This document shows, in pieces, positions 44,345-52,514 of a DNA stretch of 62,972 nucleotides; position 1 is the stretch's first letter; every line of letters begins with the position of its first letter. Origin of the DNA: Candidatus Aenigmatarchaeota archaeon (GTDB lineage: Archaea; Aenigmatarchaeota; Aenigmatarchaeia; CG10238-14; SpSt-28); assembly GCA_038997305.1 (NCBI GenBank), contig JAWAZZ010000003.1:1-62972 (forward strand). The letters run 5' to 3'. Below the pieces are notes generated by a model. The model was not told the DNA's origin. It ran no database searches and saw only the letters and a program-made list of their open reading frames with translations. Made by a program: the position numbers and the translations under genes.

Positions 44345-45051
44345 TTTCTTAAAAACAGAAAAGATGGTTTTTTATATGGAATTCCTAGAAATCTCGAAAC
44401 AAAATTTTTTACTTCTAAAGAAAAATTCGAATAGGGATTATAAAAAACATAGGGGATTCCTCTATTTAAACTTTCAGTTATCTTTAGATCTTCCGGTAAA
44501 ACAGCCAAAACTGGTATACCAATTAAATCGTAAATTTCACTCGGAGGAATAGATTTTTTATTATATCTATTTATAATTAAACCAGAAATTTTTATATTTT
44601 CCTTTTCAAAGCTTTCTATATTTCTTAAAGTTGCATACACAGATGTTGTATCTGCCAAAGTTATTAAAAATATATCATCACATATTTTTGCTATTTCTAA
44701 ATTTTTTTCAGAAATTCCTGGCTCGGTATCTATAACTAAAAAATCAAAATCTTGAATATCATTCAGAATATTTATGTTTTTATAATTTATTATTGAGTTT
44801 CCCGCAGGAATTATTCTTAATCCAAAAGGTGTCAGATAAATGCTGTCTTTAATAGAAATTTCTCCGTTAAGTACTTTTGAAAGGTCTAAGTTAAAGTTTA
44901 ATAATCCTAAAGAAACTGCCAAAGAATTATTTAAATCTGTATCGATTAATAAAGGATTTTTATTAAACTCTAATAAACTGGCTGAAAAATTTATTGAAAA
45001 TGTTGTTTTTCCCACACCACCTTTAGCCGAAAAAATTCCAATTTTAGCCAT
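44326..45051 (-). CDS. MinD/ParA-family (deviant Walker A) ATPase, paralogue 2
   Basis: The motifs are IFSAKGGVGKTTFSINFS, FDFLVIDTEPGIS and LAVLPEDLKITESLNRGIPY. Confidence 0.85.
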   Translation of the reverse strand: MAKIGIFSAKGGVGKTTFSINFSASLLEFNKNPLLIDTDLNNSLAVSLGLLNFNLDLSKVLNGEISIKDSIYLTPFGLRIIPAGNSIINYKNINILNDIQDFDFLVIDTEPGISEKNLEIAKICDDIFLITLADTTSVYATLRNIESFEKENIKISGLIINRYNKKSIPPSEIYDLIGIPVLAVLPEDLKITESLNRGIPYVFYNPYSNFSLEVKNFVSRFLGIPYKKPSFLFLRKWLGII

Positions 45052-45067
45052 AAAAAATAAAAATAAA
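45052..45067 (-). terminator. Oligo-T tract (TTTATTTTTATTTTTT on the minus strand) downstream of the 319-aa secreted-protein gene
   Basis: Archaeal terminators are typically T-runs. This tract lies in the 32-nt gap between the stop at 45084 and the MinD ATG at 45051. The AT-rich background weakens the call. Confidence 0.3.
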
Positions 45068-45083
45068 GGATGTATTTATTCTA

Positions 45084-46043
45084 TTACTCAGAAGTTGCTA
45101 TAATATATAACTTACCTACTATCGATCCTGCAGGAACTCCATATGGAATTCTTACTTGAACTCTAAAATCTTTTGATTGAGCTGGTAACAAACATGGATT
45201 ACTAAGATCTCCCGGACATAGATAATTTTCTGGAGCGCCTGCTAATCTCGCAACATCTACTCCCCAATATGTGAAATATGCTTCACTTCCTGTGGTATTA
45301 ACTATAAACACTCCTTTTAGATAATATCTGTTTAATATAGAGCTTACATCAACATATCCATAATTTCCGTTACTAGTAAGAGTATAGCCTGTCAATGATG
45401 AAAAGTCAGTAGTTCCTGATATTGATTGGGTTCTTGGAACGCTTGCAAAATATACTGTACCATTTGTATAATTTAATGCACCTTTCTTAACTATAATAAA
45501 CCAATCCTCTCCTTCGTTTGAGGTTTCATTTACTGTTCTTAGAATATAGAATTGACATACATTCGGATCCCAATATTGAGGTTGTGGACAACCTGTTGGT
45601 GGAATTATATACATTGGTGGTGTTTTGTTAAACAATCTTTGCGTTACATAGGCAAAATTGCTTCCGGCAGTTGTGTTTGAAATTAAAATGAAATCTCCAC
45701 TTGTATGAAGTGCTGGATTATTATAACCCCAAGGATCTTGAGTTGGTAAATCTACTCTCGCTCTTAAGTTAAGTATTCTTACGCTTCCTAAATTAGTTAC
45801 CGTTATATAATAACTTTGTGTTGTTGGATCTTTATTTACAGAATTATCAGTTGCGCTTGCCAGTTTTCCCGGATATCCTTGATAGGAAAGTAATTTTGGT
45901 GTTACATCTACTATTGCCATTTGTTGTACTGATACAGTTACTGTTAGATTGTTTATTGCTTCTGCGCTAAGTACTATGTTGTTTAGACTTAAGAAACTTA
46001 TTACTAGAGAGATTACTAGTATCAGTGCTGCTTTGCTTTCCAT
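45084..46043 (-). CDS. Secreted protein (319 aa) with atypical G/T/P/Y/V-rich composition; candidate abundant structural subunit
   Basis: I prefer the ATG at 46043 (MESKAALILVISLVISFLSLNNIVLSAEA|INN..., Sec-type signal). The ORF-track start at 46094 would abut the divergent gene and leave no promoter. This gene has noticeably higher GC and fewer K/E residues than any neighbour. Confidence 0.75.
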   Translation of the reverse strand: MESKAALILVISLVISFLSLNNIVLSAEAINNLTVTVSVQQMAIVDVTPKLLSYQGYPGKLASATDNSVNKDPTTQSYYITVTNLGSVRILNLRARVDLPTQDPWGYNNPALHTSGDFILISNTTAGSNFAYVTQRLFNKTPPMYIIPPTGCPQPQYWDPNVCQFYILRTVNETSNEGEDWFIIVKKGALNYTNGTVYFASVPRTQSISGTTDFSSLTGYTLTSNGNYGYVDVSSILNRYYLKGVFIVNTTGSEAYFTYWGVDVARLAGAPENYLCPGDLSNPCLLPAQSKDFRVQVRIPYGVPAGSIVGKLYIIATSE

Positions 46044-46059
46044 AAATATAAACATACTC

Positions 46060-46077
46060 TTTAAATATATATATTTA
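46060..46077. promoter_or_regulatory. Near-palindromic TATA-like element (TTTAAATATATATATTTA) shared by divergent genes
   Basis: Its centre (~46068.5) lies ~25 nt from the minus-strand ATG (46043) and ~28 nt from the plus-strand ATG (46097). This is the classical archaeal TATA-to-start spacing if both mRNAs are leaderless. Confidence 0.45.
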
Positions 46078-46096
46078 TTGTTATTGCTTATCATTT

Positions 46097-46966
46097 ATGT
46101 GCAACATTGTTTATTTTAAACTATTTTTAATAATAATTTTAGTATTAGCAATTTCAAAATCACAAGTTGGTATCTCTATTGAACCAAACATAAGTTTAGA
46201 AAACGATTACAAAACCCATAAAATAAGAATCTATTCTTCGAATGACTCAATTGTTGAGATGAGTTATAGAAGTATGGATATTTTCGAAGTTTCCACGAGA
46301 TTTAAGGAATATCTACAAAATTATTCTGAACAAAAAGATTCTATAGTTATAGAGTTTGCAGAAAATCCTATAAGAGTTGTTGGCAATGAGAAAATAAGTT
46401 ATGTAGATTCATTTTTTGTTGTAAAAAAGATGAAAGATAGCGAACCTGGGTATAGAATTTTTTATATTACAGCAACAAAAGTAGCAGAAGCTCAAGCAGT
46501 TTCTCAATATTCCGTTTCTGTTGTACCTTCTATTGAAGTTCCTTTTATAGTTTTTGTTGATGGACTAGCAATAAGAAATGTTAAAATTAAAGATGTAGAT
46601 GTTTCTTATGAAAATAACGTTGCCGTATTAAATGTTATTGTCAAAAACGATGGCACAGTAACCACTTCTTTTTATACTTACCTAAATATTTCTAATCAAA
46701 CTCTTAAATCCTATAATATTTTAAAACCTAATGAAATAGGAATAATTAAGTTTCCTCTAAGTCTTTATGGAAAATTTAATGTAAGTATATTAGTAGATTA
46801 CTTTAGTGGAAAGGATTATTTAGAAAGGGAAGTAGAAATAAAAAAATTTGGAACTTTTGTTCTACCCAAAATAAACTTTGAAATTCCCTCACTAAATATT
46901 TTTCAGATATTAATAATAGTTCTTTCTATTATCGTAGCGATTATTATAATTAAAAGAAAAAAATAA
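46097..46966 (+). CDS. Envelope protein (289 aa): signal peptide, CARDB-like module, C-terminal TM + KRKK anchor
   Basis: The N-terminus is MCNIVYFKLFLIIILVLAISKSQ. A CARDB-like segment reads VAVLNVIVKNDGTVTTSFYTYLNIS. The C-terminus is IFQILIIVLSIIVAIIIIKRKK. Confidence 0.75.
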   Translation: MCNIVYFKLFLIIILVLAISKSQVGISIEPNISLENDYKTHKIRIYSSNDSIVEMSYRSMDIFEVSTRFKEYLQNYSEQKDSIVIEFAENPIRVVGNEKISYVDSFFVVKKMKDSEPGYRIFYITATKVAEAQAVSQYSVSVVPSIEVPFIVFVDGLAIRNVKIKDVDVSYENNVAVLNVIVKNDGTVTTSFYTYLNISNQTLKSYNILKPNEIGIIKFPLSLYGKFNVSILVDYFSGKDYLEREVEIKKFGTFVLPKINFEIPSLNIFQILIIVLSIIVAIIIIKRKK

Positions 46967-46968
46967 AT

Positions 46969-47484
46969 ATGGAAATAGAGTTAATATTTTTCATTTTTGG
47001 TATTTTGTTCCTTTTTCTAATACTAGCCTTATCTTTTATCTCTGAAATTAAATTTGAAAGCGAAAATAACACAGAAATTAAGGATCTCTTTGTTTTTAAA
47101 GTAGAAATTACAAAGATAAAGACTAACGTAAGTTATGTTGAAAAGACGAATTCTTCCTACATTCCTTTAGGTTTTGAATTTCATTCTGATGTTTTAAGCT
47201 TTGGAGAAATTCCTATAAACTCTCCGATAGAAAGAGTTAGAAGAGTTATAACTCTCAACAATTTAGATGAAAATGTTGCTAAAGTTAAAATATTTTGTAA
47301 AGGTAATATATGCAATTTCTTAAATATTAGCTCTAATAACTTCTTTTTATTAAGCAAAGAAAAGAAAGATGTAGAAATTTCTGCAGAAAATAAAAATGTG
47401 AAAGGAAATTTTGAAGGCTATATCTACATTAACGTTTTTAAACCTAAACATAAGTTTTTAGAAGTTTTTGTTTGGTTATTATGA
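46969..47484 (+). CDS. Small N-terminally anchored or secreted protein (171 aa)
   Basis: The ATG lies 2 nt after the previous stop. The N-terminus MEIELIFFIFGILFLFLILALSFIS is hydrophobic and could be a signal anchor or a pilin-like leader. Confidence 0.65.
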   Translation: MEIELIFFIFGILFLFLILALSFISEIKFESENNTEIKDLFVFKVEITKIKTNVSYVEKTNSSYIPLGFEFHSDVLSFGEIPINSPIERVRRVITLNNLDENVAKVKIFCKGNICNFLNISSNNFFLLSKEKKDVEISAENKNVKGNFEGYIYINVFKPKHKFLEVFVWLL

Positions 47485-48146
47485 AGAGATTTTTTTGTTT
47501 TCTCTTTATTTTTTTCTTTCTTGCGTTTTCACAAACTATAAAAATAGAGATACAAGAAACTTTAAAATATAGCATCACATTCCTAAATTTTACACAGAAT
47601 AAAAATTTTATTACTAGCGAATTGACTATTTACAATTTAGGCTCAATTCCATTAAATATAACTCTAAAATTAGAGGGTGAATGTTGCAAAGTTATTAGAA
47701 ATTTTAAGATAACTCCAAGCGAAGAAAAAAGTATTGAAATTGCATATTTTTCTTTTAAGAATGAAAGTTTGGAATTTTCAGTTATAGTTAATAATACTGA
47801 AATTTTAATGAAAAGATTTAATATAACTTTTAACGAAAGTTTGAAAAGGATCGAAATACCAATAGATTACATTTACGAAGACAAGAAATTAAAGATTTTA
47901 GGAAATCTAAATGATTTCTATTTTATAATTTTATCAAACAAAACTCCAACGATACAAAAGAAATTAAATAGAGGATATAACGAAATCGAAATAGAAAAAA
48001 CAGATGATTTTGTAGATGTCATCCTTTTCAATAAAACCTCTTATATTGAAAAAAGATTTTTAACTTCCAATCCAACTTTGTTTAGAAAAATAATTTTTGA
48101 AATAAAAAAATTCCTAATATACATTAAAGAAATGTCGATAATTTAG
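47481..48146 (+). CDS. Secreted protein (221 aa) with a CARDB-like module
   Basis: I prefer the ATG at 47481, which forms an ATGA overlap with the previous stop (47482-47484), to the TTG at 47472. The signal peptide is MKRFFCFLFIFFFLAFSQ. A CARDB-like segment reads SELTIYNLGSIPLNITLKLEG. Confidence 0.7.
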   Translation: MKRFFCFLFIFFFLAFSQTIKIEIQETLKYSITFLNFTQNKNFITSELTIYNLGSIPLNITLKLEGECCKVIRNFKITPSEEKSIEIAYFSFKNESLEFSVIVNNTEILMKRFNITFNESLKRIEIPIDYIYEDKKLKILGNLNDFYFIILSNKTPTIQKKLNRGYNEIEIEKTDDFVDVILFNKTSYIEKRFLTSNPTLFRKIIFEIKKFLIYIKEMSII

Positions 48147-48187
48147 AGCACATTAATCCATTATAAAGTTAATTAAAAAACATTTTT

Positions 48188-51100
48188 ATGAATAATTTGA
48201 GGTTTAATAAATTAATAAGATTAGTAAGAGCTTCGAATATCATATTACTTCTTTTATTCTTTTCGCTTGTTGTTTTTATCTTTTACGTACTAAACAAAAA
48301 CGTCACAAAAATTGGCTTTGCAATGATAACAGTTAATTATAGCAAAGAAAATTCAAAATACATTGAAACATTTCAAACTGATTATTTTTTTAATAAGGAA
48401 AAAAATAAAAAAATAAAGTATTCGATAGGTTTTGATAAAAATGAAAAAGGTTTAAAAATTAAATTAGAAGATCTAAACAAGGAAATAGCCATTAAACCCT
48501 TTTTTGAAGATGAATATGGAAATAGATTTTTTCCAGATATAGACGAAGAAGTTTTGCCGTTTTATAAAATAAATGAAAATTCTTACAAATTTTCTATAAA
48601 TGTTAAAAACGTTCCGAGTTCATTTAACTATCTGGGATTAATAATAAATACCTCACTACCAATAGAAACTAATGAAAAATCTATCTCAGTTTTTGGAAAT
48701 GATTTTGCTCTAGTTTTTGATTTTTCAGATATTAGGGATTTTGAATTCAATATTTCTGAAAATGAAATTAAAATTAACATAAGTAATTTAAGAGACGTTT
48801 TTATAGATCCTACAATAACATTCACAACAGAACAGGTAGAGTCTTTAGCTGTTTCTCCTCTAGATATAGATAAATTTGTCATAGCTTGGTGCGATGAGGT
48901 TAGCAAATCTATAAAATTCAAAATATATTCAACTACAGGTCAGGTTTTAGTTAATGATGTTGTTGTTGATACTAGTGCTGGCATAACAAATGCTTGTGAT
49001 TATTATTCTGTTTCTGTGGCTGCTTTAAATAATACTCATTTCGCTATTGCTTGGTTCGATGCTGCTGAACAAGATACAACTTTTGCTGTTTATGATTATC
49101 AAGGAATTTTGAGATTAGGTCCTATTGATGAAGATATTGCAGTTGGAACGAATAGTTGGGGTGTTTCAGTTTCAGCTTTTAACTCGACTCATATAGTTAT
49201 AGGTTATTATGACTATATAGACCAAGATGCAACATTCTCTACATGGAATTTAGTAACAAGAACAAGAGTTTATGGACCGTTTGATGTTGATACAGGTGTA
49301 GCTACAGATTCCTATAATGTTCATGTAGCAGCTTTAAACTCGACTCATTTTGTTTTCTTCTATTATGATGCAGGACTTACAGACGATGCGACTTTTGCTG
49401 TTTATACAATAACAGGAGCTAATGTTGTAACTGTTACCGATGAAGATACTAATGTAGGAAATTCTTATTCTTTATCTTTAACTGTTCTGAATTCGAGTTA
49501 TTTTGTTCTTGCATATTATGATGCCTCAGTCAGTAGTATAATTTTTTCTATTCGTAATAGCGCTGGTGCGTTAGTTGTTGGACCTATAACTGAAGCTACA
49601 AATGTAGGAACTAGTGGAGCCTTTGTTTCTGTTGCAGCATTAAATGATACTCATTTTGTTATTGCGTATTATGATAATGTTGCCAAACAACACAAGTTTT
49701 CTATATACAATTGGAATACAAGAGTTGTTGGACCTATAAGTATAAGTAGCAGTAACTTAAGATGGATAGCTGTTACTAGTAGATTAGCTGCTGTAAATAT
49801 AAGTATTTGTAATCAAAATTGGATTGTAGCATATGTGCTAAGCACTACTCAATCTAATTTTAGCACATATACTCCTTATGGCACTATTTGGGACGGATAT
49901 TGTTTTAGAGATACTAATCCGCCTAAATGGTTTAATCTTTCTCAATCATTAAACAATCCTGGCTTAGGTTCGATAATTAATCTATCCGCTTTCTGGGTTG
50001 ATGACTATAATCTAAGTTATGCTTGGTTAGCTACTAATGAAACTGGCTATTGGGAAAATAAAACTGGTTTCTATAATTCCCCTATAAACCTCTCCGGAAA
50101 TCTTTCGGCTTGGAGTAATTTTACATGGATAAATTATAGTATACCTCCAGGTACTAAAATTGCTTGGAGAATTTATGCTAACGATAGTTTCGGAAATGTA
50201 AACTTTACAGATTTAATGATTTTTGAAATTAAACCAAACTACATTTTTATAGAGTGGGATTATTTATCAGATATAAATTCGTTTAACTGCACATATACTT
50301 TTCCTTGCTATGTTAAGCAATATTCTCTTTTTAATGTTATTTCAAACGTATATTGTTATTCTAGCGGTATAGGTGGGAGCTGTTTTAATGTTACTGGATA
50401 CTTAAGAAATTATTCGCAAATAATTAACAATTATTCTTGTATCAATCTGAATGTTGGAAGCTCTTGCAAATTAACTTGGAGTATAAATGCTAGTGGAAAT
50501 TTAAACGATATTTGGTCTTTAGATGTTTTTGTAAATTCAACAAATAAATACATACCTTCTAATCAAACTCAATTAGCATACATTAAAATTGTTAGAGATG
50601 TTAAGAAATTAAACATTAATGTATTTAATGAATCCTATTCGTTAATTGTCACAAACTTTAAACTTTTTGACAAATTTGGAAATGAGTTAATATCTTCTAA
50701 TACCCCTTATAGTAGAAATTTAGAATATTTAGAAAACTACTCGATACAAATTTCTTCAAAAATCTATAACGATTATTTAATCTTTTACATACATCATATA
50801 AATATTTCAAATGATTTAAACCTAACAATTCAAATAGTTAAAAACTATAGTGGTTATCTACCAAAAAAAGTTAAAAATGTTTCAACAATAATTGCCTTTA
50901 ACGATACGAACATTTCCTATTCTTACTCAACTATATACATACCAAAAGAAGGTTTAAGTCCAAATAAAATTTTACATTGTACCAATTGGAATTTTGTTTT
51001 AGCTAATTGTAGCAGTTGGGAAATTTTAGATTTCAAAGATCTAAATGCACAAGAAAATTACACTCATGTATGGTTTAATGTAACTAAGTTTGAAGCGTAT

Positions 51101-51898
51101 GCTTTGGCTGTAGTACCATATTTGGAAGTTTATCTTTATTATCCCATAGTAAATGCAGTAAATTTTGTAGTTCAAAATTATACTTTTTGGATTAATGCAA
51201 GTCTTATATGCAGAGGAAGTGATTGTGAATTTGTAAATGCAACAGTTAGGTATAATGCTTCTTCTTTAAATCCTGATACACCAATTCCAACAAATTATAA
51301 TTCATATCCTTTCTTTATTCAGGAGTCTTTTCCATCTTCTACAAAATCTTGCGGATACTTATATAAAGATCAACAATGTAATGTAAGTTGGATAGTAAAT
51401 GCCACAGGAAATATAAACACAGATTGGAAAGTTGGAGTATTGTTTTATTCTTCTCTAGACATCTATAATCACACAGATAACGCTACTATAAGAATAACTG
51501 GTTGTATAGTGGATGTGAGAATAAGCTTTACAGAAATAAATTTTGGTAATGTCTTACCAAATACAAAAGGAAATCCATCTTTAGGAAATAATAATTTAGA
51601 ATATAACATTACTCTTGGTCCATTAAGCTGTACTTTAGACTTATATATTAAAGGAACTGATTTATATAATCCAACCTACAATTCTTATATATTAGTTTCT
51701 AACATAACATTCAGTAACTCTACTAACAATTATCTAAATTCTTATAGATTGTCAAATGTATTCCAACTATTAGCAAAATCTTTAGTGAAAAATTCTGTTT
51801 TGACAACCTTCTATTGGATAGATGTCCCTCCTATATATGCAGGAATTTATTTTGGTAATATAACTATAAAGGCTGTTCTAGAAAATGAATTACCATAA
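48188..51898 (+). CDS. Large surface protein (1,236 aa): N-terminal anchor, seven-repeat propeller-like region, Ig-like modules, double-Cys module
   Basis: The N-terminal TM is IILLLLFFSLVVFIFYVL. The repeats are described in the next feature. An Ig-like module reads DTNPPKWFNLSQS...AWRIYANDSFGNVNFT. The double-Cys segment is LHCTNWNFVLANCSSWEIL. Confidence 0.85.
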   Translation: MNNLRFNKLIRLVRASNIILLLLFFSLVVFIFYVLNKNVTKIGFAMITVNYSKENSKYIETFQTDYFFNKEKNKKIKYSIGFDKNEKGLKIKLEDLNKEIAIKPFFEDEYGNRFFPDIDEEVLPFYKINENSYKFSINVKNVPSSFNYLGLIINTSLPIETNEKSISVFGNDFALVFDFSDIRDFEFNISENEIKINISNLRDVFIDPTITFTTEQVESLAVSPLDIDKFVIAWCDEVSKSIKFKIYSTTGQVLVNDVVVDTSAGITNACDYYSVSVAALNNTHFAIAWFDAAEQDTTFAVYDYQGILRLGPIDEDIAVGTNSWGVSVSAFNSTHIVIGYYDYIDQDATFSTWNLVTRTRVYGPFDVDTGVATDSYNVHVAALNSTHFVFFYYDAGLTDDATFAVYTITGANVVTVTDEDTNVGNSYSLSLTVLNSSYFVLAYYDASVSSIIFSIRNSAGALVVGPITEATNVGTSGAFVSVAALNDTHFVIAYYDNVAKQHKFSIYNWNTRVVGPISISSSNLRWIAVTSRLAAVNISICNQNWIVAYVLSTTQSNFSTYTPYGTIWDGYCFRDTNPPKWFNLSQSLNNPGLGSIINLSAFWVDDYNLSYAWLATNETGYWENKTGFYNSPINLSGNLSAWSNFTWINYSIPPGTKIAWRIYANDSFGNVNFTDLMIFEIKPNYIFIEWDYLSDINSFNCTYTFPCYVKQYSLFNVISNVYCYSSGIGGSCFNVTGYLRNYSQIINNYSCINLNVGSSCKLTWSINASGNLNDIWSLDVFVNSTNKYIPSNQTQLAYIKIVRDVKKLNINVFNESYSLIVTNFKLFDKFGNELISSNTPYSRNLEYLENYSIQISSKIYNDYLIFYIHHINISNDLNLTIQIVKNYSGYLPKKVKNVSTIIAFNDTNISYSYSTIYIPKEGLSPNKILHCTNWNFVLANCSSWEILDFKDLNAQENYTHVWFNVTKFEAYALAVVPYLEVYLYYPIVNAVNFVVQNYTFWINASLICRGSDCEFVNATVRYNASSLNPDTPIPTNYNSYPFFIQESFPSSTKSCGYLYKDQQCNVSWIVNATGNINTDWKVGVLFYSSLDIYNHTDNATIRITGCIVDVRISFTEINFGNVLPNTKGNPSLGNNNLEYNITLGPLSCTLDLYIKGTDLYNPTYNSYILVSNITFSNSTNNYLNSYRLSNVFQLLAKSLVKNSVLTTFYWIDVPPIYAGIYFGNITIKAVLENELP
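48835..49893 (+). repeat. Seven ~50-56-aa repeats, beta-propeller-like
   Basis: The register motifs are KFVIAWCDEVSKSIKFKIY, HFAIAWFDAAEQDTTFAVY, HIVIGYYDYIDQDATFSTW, HFVFFYYDAGLTDDATFAVY, YFVLAYYDASVSSIIFSIR, HFVIAYYDNVAKQHKFSIY and NWIVAYVLSTTQSNFSTY. Each is preceded by [VS]S[VL](A/T)(A/V)LN(S/N/D)T and followed by ..G....GP. GC is locally higher. Confidence 0.7.
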
Positions 51899-52514
51899 TT
51901 TCAAAAAAACTATAATATTGAGTATAGTAACGATACTCTTCCTATTTCATGTAACATTTTCTGAAATAAGTTTTGGGGCTTATCAATATGAAAAATACAT
52001 TAACATAAAGGCAAATGAATTAAAAATAACTAAAATTCTAGTTTGGAGTTCCAACAATAAGGATTTTAAACTAACATTAGAAGTTGTAGAAAAACCAAAA
52101 AGTATGGAAATCTTTATAGATAAAAAAGAGGTTATAGTATCTAACAATCTTACAAACTACTTTGAAATAATAAGTTTGAATGGAAACGTTTATAAAGCAA
52201 TTCCTATTAACATATTTCTATACTCTTATGAAAATTTGAAAAACGAAAGAGTAACAATAAGGAGTATCGCTGAAGATTTAACTGAAAAAAATATAAAAAT
52301 TAAATTCGAAAAAGATTTTACATTCTTAATAAATTTTGAGAAAGTTGAAGAAAAAAAGGACACAAATGAAATTTTTAATAAAGAAAATACTACAGAAAAG
52401 TTTGATTGGAAAAGCATTATTCCATCTTTTAACTTCTGGGAAAGAATTTTGCCTATACTAATTTTAGCTATCAGTGTTTTAATATCTTTTATTATTATAA
52501 AAAGGAGATCATAA
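51885..52514 (+). CDS. Envelope protein (209 aa): signal peptide, beta-rich domain, C-terminal TM + KRRS anchor
   Basis: The N-terminus is KKTIILSIVTILFLFHVTFSE and the C-terminus is ILPILILAISVLISFIIIKRRS. It has the same layout as the 46097 gene and overlaps the upstream gene by 14 nt. Confidence 0.75.
   Translation: MNYHNFKKTIILSIVTILFLFHVTFSEISFGAYQYEKYINIKANELKITKILVWSSNNKDFKLTLEVVEKPKSMEIFIDKKEVIVSNNLTNYFEIISLNGNVYKAIPINIFLYSYENLKNERVTIRSIAEDLTEKNIKIKFEKDFTFLINFEKVEEKKDTNEIFNKENTTEKFDWKSIIPSFNFWERILPILILAISVLISFIIIKRRS

Noticed and set aside
44364-45103. Plus-strand ORFs 44364-44552 and 44840-45103 antisense to the MinD-like gene
   Set aside because: The minus-strand product has unambiguous Walker A/B MinD motifs, and the plus-strand translations are featureless.
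46044-46094. 17-residue N-terminal extension (MISNNNKYIYLKSMFIF) of the 45084-46094 ORF
   Set aside because: It would place the start 2 nt from the divergent ATG at 46097 and run through the TATA-like element. The internal ATG at 46043 gives a canonical signal peptide.
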